Source: Dictyostelium discoideum (lineage: Eukaryota). From it: a stretch of DNA of 64,000 nucleotides. Every line of letters begins with the position of its first letter. Position 1 is the stretch's first letter. The stretch lies in NCBI GenBank assembly GCA_000004695.1, contig CM000151.3, positions 6,400,001 to 6,464,000 of the forward strand, given 5' to 3'. Below the pieces are notes generated by a model, which did no database searches, was not told the origin of the DNA, and was given only the letters and a program-made list of their open reading frames with translations. Shown in pieces: positions 56,105 to 64,000 of the stretch. Made by a program: the position numbers and the translations under genes.

Positions 56105-56943
56105 TGTTTGAGAGAGAAAGAAAAAGAGTATTTAAGATTGTGTTTTAAAAAAATAAAAAAACAAAATAAATAATTATTTTTATTATTATTTTAATAGAAA
56201 TGGGAATTAAAATTTTAATTGAAATTAAAAAATTTAAATTTAAAAAAAATAATAAAAAAAAAAAGTGTCCTATTGCTTTATTAAATAACTAATGAAATAA
56301 TCTCAAGTCCTGTTAACAGGAATAAAAAATTTTATATGTACAAAAAAAAGTTTATAATATTAAAAAAACAGTTAAAATATATTTATATAATAAAAATAAT
56401 AGATAACATGTTAACTGAAAATAAATTTCGTACATTCATGTAAAAATTCCAACATTTGGAAAAAAAAAAATATTAATATAATTTTAAATTTATTATAGTA
56501 AAAAAAAAAAAAATTAATTTAAAAAATAAAAAATATTTTAAAATTATAAATCTATTACAATTTAGTAATGTCACATTTTAATAATTTTGATTTTTTTTTT
56601 TTTTTTTTTGTTTTTTTTTTTTTTTTTTTCAAAACTTATTTATAAAATTTACCACACAAATTATCAAAACCAATCATATCATATCAAATCAATATTATAT
56701 TTTATCTTTTTCGATTATTATTATGATATTAAAAAAAAAAAAAAAATAAAAAAAAAAAAAAATAAAAAAAAAAAAAAAAAAAAATTTAATCAAACAAATT
56801 TTAAATCCTTTAATTAATTTGTTTTAATTCTTTTAATTCTTTGTTTAACTATAATTTTTAATATTATTAAAATTATTTTTATTATTATTTTTTAAAATTA
56901 TAAATTAAAAATTAAATAAAATTTTAAATTAAATAATTTTAAT

Positions 56944-57319
56944 TTATTTATTTAATTTTTTTAAATTTATTGGTAAAATTTTAGAAAATATAGAAATTGT
57001 TGGTTTACTTTTTGAATTTATTCTTGAATTTACATTTTTCAAATAGTTTAAAAGATGATGTTCATCATATTTAATAATTCTTTTTCTTGGGGAAAGATCA
57101 ATTGTTGATAAATATTTTGCCAATGGTTTTGGATGATATTCAACTAAATGTTCTAAAATATGACTATGTCCTCTTGAATAAGATATTGAAATATGTTCTT
57201 TAGTTAATGGTAATGATAATGGTGATACAAATATCATTGACGATAATCCATTAATTGATAAATGAATCGGACTTGATGGTGATGATGAAATTTGTTGTTG
57301 ATTTTTTGTTGGTGATAAA

Positions 57320-57357
<38 letters not shown>

Positions 57358-59818
57358 TGTTGGTGATGATGAAATTGAATTTATTGGTAAAATTGGTAAA
57401 TTTACTGTTGGTATTGATGATGATTGGATTGGTGAAGAGGAAGAAGAAGGAGATGAAGAAGATGAAGAAGATGATGAAGATGAAGATAAAGAAATTGATG
57501 AAGTTGATAGTGAATTTGAAGGTATCATTATTGGTGAAACCTTATTACTCATTGATGGTGAAGAAATACTATTGATATTGTTATTATTGTTATTATTATT
57601 ATTATTAATTGATAAAGTATGATAAATTGGTGGTGGAGATGATGAATTTGGAGTACGTGGTGTAGTTGAACCACTTGGTTGTAAACAATATTTTATAATA
57701 TCTAAATAACCATAATTGAAAGCAGGTTTTAAAATATGAGAAAAATCTAAATTAACAGATACAGTTCTTGATACAACATCTTTAAAATATTTTAAAGTTG
57801 TAAGATCACCAGCTTCACCAATTGCAATCATTGTTGCTTCTGTGATTTGTACATCTCTTGGACAATATTGTTCGATAATATATTTAACAGTATCAAAACA
57901 AGTACCAGAGATAGCATTGATTAAAGCTTGTTCAGTACACCCTTCAGTCCTATTCTTTTGAAGGAACTGAATGACATCTAAATTACCATTGGAAGCAGCA
58001 TTGTTAATGGCCGCTTTACTACAAGGTTGGCCAGAATTATGTAAAAACTTGACCATCTCTAAATCACCCAAATAAGCTGCATTGCTAACGGCCCTACTTG
58101 TAGCTCCTTCAGTACGATGATTCAATAGATAACGTACCACCTCTTCATGACCATTATAAACTGCTTTATCAACAGCATCGGTTGTACAATGTGCAGATGT
58201 TCTATTCTCTGTTAAATATTTAACAATTGATAAATGACCATTTATAGCTGCCTTATCAATTGCATTACCGATGGATAACGTTTGGTCCAATTCATTTAAA
58301 TATTGAACGATTTCAAAGAAACCACTTGCAGATGAAATTTCCATACCACTACAATAGGATTGAGGTTGTAGATAAAAAGGTTCACCACCAAATATAACCA
58401 AAGCTTTAATTGCTGCTAAATTATTATATATACAACAATCTGAGAGTAAATTTGGGTTGAAACCACCATCTGGTATTGGTTTCTCTTGAAGTAGATAAGC
58501 CAATAGATCAGGTCTATCAACGAATCTAACAGCAATATCGAATGCTTTAGCAGTGATTTCAATTCCCAATCTATTACGACAAACTTTAATCAATTCTAAA
58601 TTCTTATATAATAGAGCAGATGCAATGAAATCCTCATTAAAGTTTACTCTAAAGAAACCTTCGAAATCAATATTACCAGCATGAGACATATAAAATTCTA
58701 AAATTTCCAATTGACCTTTACTAATTGACAATGTGAAAACTTCAATATTATTTGGTTGATATAATGTATACAAATATTTTACAATCTCAATATGACCACC
58801 TTCAATTGCTCTTTTTGTAGCACTATACAATGGTGATTCAATATGTGAATCTGGTGCCAATACAACAGTACTTGATGATCTACCACCTCTTGGACTATAG
58901 GGTATATTAATTAATGGTGTTGTATTGGTTGGTGGTATAATATTATTTTGAATTAAATATTTTAAACAATCTAAATGACCATATTGTGCTGCTAAATCTA
59001 ATGCTTTTGACCTTTTTGGTGTTGATGGTGGTGTTGATGAATTTATAATTGGTGATGATCCATTACTATTATTATTACTATTATTATTACTACCACTATT
59101 GTTACCACTATTATTATTATTATTATTACCACTATTATTATTGATATTATTATTATTATTATTAAATCCACTGCCACCCAGTATATTACCATTATTACCT
59201 AAATTTTTATGAAGATATTGTAAAATTTCTAAACTACCATTTGAAGAAGCATGATCAATTGCAAATAAAGTACATGGTTCATTCAATTGTTGATGAATAT
59301 ATTTAACCAATTCTAAATCATTGAATGCAACAGCATTTTCCATTGCACTATCAGTGCAACCATCATTTCTATTCTCTTTTAAGAATTTCACCATTTGTAA
59401 ATTACCCCAACGTGATGCATTATCGATAGCATAGGGTGATGCAGTGTAACCTTTGTTATGTAAATAAACCACCATTTCATAATTACCATAATATGCAGCA
59501 TGATCAATTAATGTTGGATATAATCTTGGAAAATATTCAATATATCTTTCAAAACACATTTTAAAAATATTGAAATCTGGTATTGAAAATATGATTTTTC
59601 TACAAACTGATGATATTATCAAATTATGACCTTGTTGAATCTTATCTTTAATTAATCCCCAATGTTTATGATTTATCATCCATTCTAATGATATTATATC
59701 TTTATATTTTCTACTTATAACTTTACTTCCAAATCTTTTAACACCTTTAAATATTTTACTTCTAATTTTAAAATTTGATAAAATTTTTGAAAATAAAATT
59801 GAATTTTTATCATCATTT

Positions 59819-59856
<38 letters not shown>

Positions 59857-59982
59857 ATTATTATACATTTCCAACTCTTCATTTTTAATTTCTGATTGAA
59901 TTGTTGGTGATTTTAATGTTAAGATTGATCTTGATGTTGGTGAACATTCTGTAACTATTATTGATGTTGTAGTTAATGACAT
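56944..59982 (-). CDS. Protein with about 20 divergent ankyrin-like repeats (consensus ..A.d.Aa.nGhLe.vkyLhen.t.gCt..a....), N/S-rich linkers, 1012 aa, single exon.
   Basis: Continuous ORF with ATG at 59982. Repeated ~33-aa units such as AIDNASRWGNLQMVKFLKENRNDGCTDSAMENAVAFNDLELVKYIHQQ and AIDKAAINGHLSIVKYLTENRTSAHCTTDAVDKAVYNGHEEVVRYLLNHRTEG. Confidence 0.7.
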
Positions 59983-60247
59983 TTTTTTTTTTTTTTTCCT
60001 AGTTTATTGGAATTATAAAAAAAAAATAAAAAAAAAAAAAAAATTTAAGAATAAAAAAAATAAAAAAAAAATTGGAACAATTAAAAGATGTAAAAAAAAA
60101 AATTAATAATTAATTAAATAGTTTTTTAAAATAAAAAAATAATAAATAAGTTTATAAATTTATGAATAAACAATTTTTGAATAAACAATTTTTTGAATAA
60201 ACAATTTTTTGAATAAAAAAAATAAATGGTTTTTATAATAAATTAAT

Positions 60248-60249
<2 letters not shown>

Positions 60250-60310
<61 letters not shown>
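60250..60310. repeat. Poly(T) run of 61 nt. A second run of 54 nt sits at 60618-60671. Both are in the intergenic region upstream of the ankyrin-repeat gene.
   Basis: Uninterrupted T runs. Confidence 0.95.
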
Positions 60311-60312
<2 letters not shown>

Positions 60313-60616
60313 TTTTTTTGGGAGTTAGGTTTGAAATGGGTTAAAATAAAATCTTAAAAATTAAACAATTGTTTTTTACAAATGATTAATTGTTTTTTTT
60401 TTTAAAAAACAATCAATTAATGGTATTTGATTTTGATATTGATTTTAGTCTTAGACTTGAATTATTTTTTTTTTTTTTTTTTTGATTAGTTTTATAAAAA
60501 AAAAAAAACAATTAAATTTTTATTTTATATATTATTAATATGATGTAATGTTGGATGATGTTGTTTTGTAGTAAGTGTGATTAATCAATTTATAAATATT
60601 GTTATTTGTTATATGT

Positions 60617-60671
<55 letters not shown>

Positions 60672-61078
60672 CAAGGATTTAAAATAAAAATCAAATATGA
60701 GAAAAAAAAATAAAAAAAAAAAATAATAAATTTGAGGGGGGTGATTTTACCGTTATTTGAATCGTTGTTGCTATTTTTAATTCGATTGATGATGTTTGAT
60801 TATATATATGTATTGTACACAAGAAAATAAAATAAAAAAAATAATAAAAATAAATTACATTAAAATAATATTGTTTTAAAAAAAAAAAAAAAAAAATTGT
60901 TATTTTTAGTTTTTGATATTATGATTGAGTACACAAAATATTTTTTTTTTTTTTTTTTTTTTTGAAAAACAGATTTAAAACACAAATAATTGATCAATCA
61001 ATCAATAAAATAAATAAAAAAAAAAAAAAAAAAAAATTTTGATATTATAATATTTTTTTTTTTTGTAGACAGAAATAT

Positions 61079-61110
<32 letters not shown>

Positions 61111-61769
61111 TTTATTGAGGCTAAAATCACTCAGTGGAGCAGGATTATTATTTGACTGAATTTAGTTATGATACCATTTTACACAAAAATTAAAAAAAAA
61201 AAAAGAAAAAGAAAAATATAAAAAAAAATAAAAAAAAAAATTAATTTAAAAAATAAATATCTCAAATTGAGATTTTATATATTAAATTTTTGAAAAAACT
61301 AAAAAATAAAAAAAATAAAAATAAAAATAAAAAAAAAAAAAAGAGAAGAAAATTTTTATTTTTTTTTTTTTTTTTTTTTTATTTTTTTTTTTTTTTGAAA
61401 TTATTCAATTTTTTTTTTTATCTTCCTCTAACCCCCCAAATTAAAACTATATCATTTCATTTTTCACAATAAAAAAAAAAAAATTTCTAAAATCAAACAC
61501 TCAGATAGGGGCATCGTAAATTAATACTTACATAAACACATTAAATTTCATAAATTTTTTTTTTTATAAAATTAAAATCACTATATAAAAAAAAAAAAAA
61601 AAAAAAAAAAAAAGGTAAAAAGTGTTTCTATTAATATAATTTATTGTACCTAAATTAGATATTAAAAGAACAACACTCACTCACCCACACCACACATACA
61701 TACATACATACATTCAACACCACCCACTCATATAATATATATATTTAATTACTATTTTAAAAATAAATA

Positions 61770-62856
61770 ATGGGTTCAAGATTGAATCCCTCAAGCAATA
61801 TGTATATCCCAATGGTAAGATAAACTTTATTATTTTTTTTTTTAAAATCATTTACTTACTCGATGTTCATTTTTTTTATTTTTTTAAAATTTTAAAAGAA
61901 TGGACCTAGAGGTGGATATTATGGTATGCCATCAATGGGACAATTACAACATCCACTTTTTAATTATCAATTCCCTCCTGGTGGATTTCAACATTTACAA
62001 CAACAACAACAACAACAACAGCAACAACAACAACAACAACAACAACAGCAACAACAACAAACACAAGTTCAACAATTACATAATCAATTACATCAACAAC
62101 ATAATCAACAAATTCAACAACAAGCACAAGCAACTCAACAACATTTACAAACACAACAATACTTACAATCACAAATTCATCAACAATCACAACAATCACA
62201 ATTAAGTAATAATTTAAATAGTAATAGTAAAGAATCTACAAATATACCGAAAACAAATACACAATATACAAACTTTGATTCTAAAAAGTAATTACCTTTT
62301 TTTTTTTTATAAATATATATTTATTTCTTTTCTTTTTTTTTTTTTTTTTTTTTTCTTCCAAAAATCAATATCACACAAGTTTTTTTTTTTTTAATAATCA
62401 AAAATTATTTTTATTCGGCAATCGAAAATATCTAACCCATGCATATCAAAAAAAAAAAAAAAAAAAAATTAAATCAAAAAAATATCTTTTTTGTAAATTT
62501 CATTTTCCCAATATTAAAATAAAAATTAATAAAATATTTTTTTTTTATTTTTTATTTTTTTTTTTTTAAATAACCACCACTATAGTCTTGATTTAGCTTC
62601 GAGATATTTTTCAGAGTGTTCAACAAAAGATTTTATAGGTAATAAAAAAAAGGTAAATATAAAAATCTCCCATTAAATCCCCCAATACCCGTTTTTTTTT
62701 TTTTACAATATTTTTATTATAAATTAGCACACTATACATTTTAAAAATAAATTTTATTATAATATTCAAAATCATTATAATAATCAAAATAATCAAAATA
62801 AAAATAATAAAAAAATAAAAAAAAATAAAAAAAAACTAATCAATAAATTTTTAAAA

Positions 62857-62923
<67 letters not shown>

Positions 62924-63760
62924 ATAGTCAACATCAGTAGCTTGGAATGCCAATGGCACAAAAATTGCAAGTAGTGGTTCAGATGGTATAGTTAGAGTTT
63001 GGAATTTTGATCCATTAGGAAATAGTAATAATAATAATAATAGCAATAATACTAGTAGTAATAGTAAAAATAATAATATTAAAGAAACAATTGAATTAAA
63101 AGGACATGATGGTAGTATTGAAAAGATTAGTTGGAGTCCAAAAAATAATGATTTATTAGCAAGTGCAGGAACAGATAAAGTTATAAAGATATGGGATGTT
63201 AAAATTGGTAAATGTATTGGTACAGTTTCAACAAATAGTGAGAATATTGATGTACGTTGGTCACCGGATGGTCAATTCATTGTAGCATGTACACGTGATG
63301 ATCATTTAGCATTAATTGATTTACCAACTATTAAAACCTTGAAAATCTATAAATTCAATGGTGAAGAATTGAATCAAGTCGGTTGGGATAACAATGGCGA
63401 TTTAATTCTAATGGCAAATTCAATGGGTAATATCGAAGCTTATAAATTCTTACCGAAATCAACCACACATGTAAAACATTTAAAAACTTTGTATGGTCAT
63501 ACTGCAAGTATCTATTGTATGGAATTCGATCCAACTGGTAAATATTTAGCAGCTGGTTCTGCCGATTCAATCGTTAGTCTTTGGGATATTGAAGATATGA
63601 TGTGTGTTAAAACTTTTATAAAATCAACTTTTCCATGTAGATCGGTTTCTTTTAGTTTTGATGGTCAATTCATTGCTGCTTCTTCTTTTGAATCAACAAT
63701 TGAAATTGTAAGTAAAAATGAAAATGAAAATAAAAAATAATAATTTTCAAAATAAAACTC

Positions 63761-63795
<35 letters not shown>

Positions 63796-63986
63796 TTAAT
63801 ATTTCTTTTTTTTATTTTTTTTTTATTTAGTTCCATATTGAAAGTAGTCAACCAATTCATACAATTGAATGTTCAGGTGTTTCTTCATTAATGTGGCATC
63901 CAACATTACCTTTATTGGCTTATGCTCCTGAAATTAATGAAAATAATAAGGATCCAAGTATCAGAGTATTTGGATATCATTCTTAA
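61770..63986 (+). CDS. thoc3: THO complex subunit 3 (THOC3/Tex1) WD40 protein with Q-rich N-terminal extension. 5 exons: join(61770..61814, 61899..62287, 62586..62652, 62928..63707, 63831..63986), about 478 aa.
   Basis: Donors ATG|GTAAGA (61815), AA|GTAATT (62288), AAG|GTAAAT (62653), ATT|GTAAGT (63708). Acceptors aaaAG (61897-61898), tatAG (62584-62585), aaatAG (62926-62927), atttAG (63829-63830). Phases 0, 2, 0, 0 are all consistent (1437 nt). The spliced product ...TNFDSKNLDLASRYFSECSTKDFIGNKKKSTSVAWNANGTKIASSGSDGIVRVWNFD...LKGHDGSIEKISWSPKNNDLLASAGTDKVIKIWDVKIGKCIGTV...SPDGQFIVACTRDDHLALID...FDPTGKYLAAGSADSIVSLWDIEDMMCVKTF...FHIESSQPIHTIECSGVSSLMWHPTLPLLAYA...IRVFGYHS is colinear with human THOC3 (HSVAWSCDGRRLASGSFDKTASVF ... 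FDPMGKYFATGSADALVSLWDVDELVCVRCF ... TVAWHPKRPLLAF ... VKLFGLP). Confidence 0.8.
62865..62926. repeat. (AAAT)15 tetranucleotide repeat forming most of THOC3 intron 3, ending directly in the acceptor AG.
   Basis: Perfect taaa/aaat units up to ...taaatAG|TCAACA. Confidence 0.9.
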
Positions 63987-64000
63987 TATTGTTTTTTTTT

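Larger units (their letters stand above)
50262..56185. repeat. Tandem segmental duplication: unit A about 50262-52400, unit B about 54050-56185 (each about 2.1 kb: ACOX gene plus about 200 bp of both flanks). They are separated by a 1.65-kb unique spacer.
   Basis: The two units have near-identical coding sequence, conserved 3' flank (...ttattggt[c]atttttttaaaaaagatcagaaattaaatc) and conserved 5' leader/intron (atacattgtttgagagaga.ag..a..gag.a.ttaggattgtgt ... atctatattatata). The spacer carries the glycine-zipper mini-gene. Confidence 0.9.

Noticed and set aside
61900-62205. ORFs 61900..62205 (+) N-rich and 61960..62199 (-) V-rich
   Set aside because: These are alternative frames of the (CAA)n tract in THOC3 exon 2. 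Only the Q-rich frame connects by phase to neighbouring exons.
62439-62492. ATG at 62439 ([18 protein letters not shown]|GTAAAT) as an alternative first exon for THOC3
   Set aside because: The phase-0 donor is incompatible with the phase-2 start of the 62586 micro-exon. The poly-K reading is a poly(A) tract, and the upstream Q-rich exon joins in correct phase instead.

Overview
This window is an extremely AT-rich (about 78-80% A+T) nuclear genomic segment with all the hallmarks of Dictyostelium discoideum: (AAT)n/(CAA)n coding microsatellites giving poly-N/poly-Q tracts, long homopolymer A/T runs in intergenic DNA, and short introns (about 80-330 nt) with GTAAGT-like donors and (T-rich)AG acceptors. 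Assembling exons by hand (splice motifs plus reading-frame and phase continuity) gives about 22 protein-coding genes. Recognisable products: myosin regulatory light chain (mlcR); the nuclear gene for mitochondrial RecA; CCR4-NOT subunit Not1 (5 exons, about 2526 aa); EMC1; mitochondrial-type prolyl-tRNA synthetase; ATP synthase epsilon; a lysosomal-acid-lipase-family lipase; a THOC3/Tex1 WD40 protein with a Q-rich N-terminal extension; a LysA-like fold-III PLP decarboxylase; a BAR-domain protein; a CAP/SCP/PR-1-like secreted protein; a divergent-ankyrin-repeat protein; an F-box-like protein; a large PH + 2x MSP/ASH-like + TKL kinase (HLD/DFN variants); and two tandemly duplicated acyl-CoA oxidase genes whose PTS2 signal is split across the exon 1/exon 2 junction. 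Most novel calls: (i) a type-I membrane protein with HAP2/GCS1-like gamete-fusogen motifs whose TM/tail exon is reached only by splicing out an (AAT)n tract that otherwise reads as a terminal poly-N tail; (ii) an unlisted 2-exon 80-aa glycine-zipper mini-gene in the spacer between the ACOX paralogues; (iii) a 4-kb ORF-poor interval (4743-8800). The ORF track appears to accept TTG/GTG starts, so several listed 'M' starts are really internal exon positions. No rRNA, tRNA, CRISPR or clear transposon was recognised.
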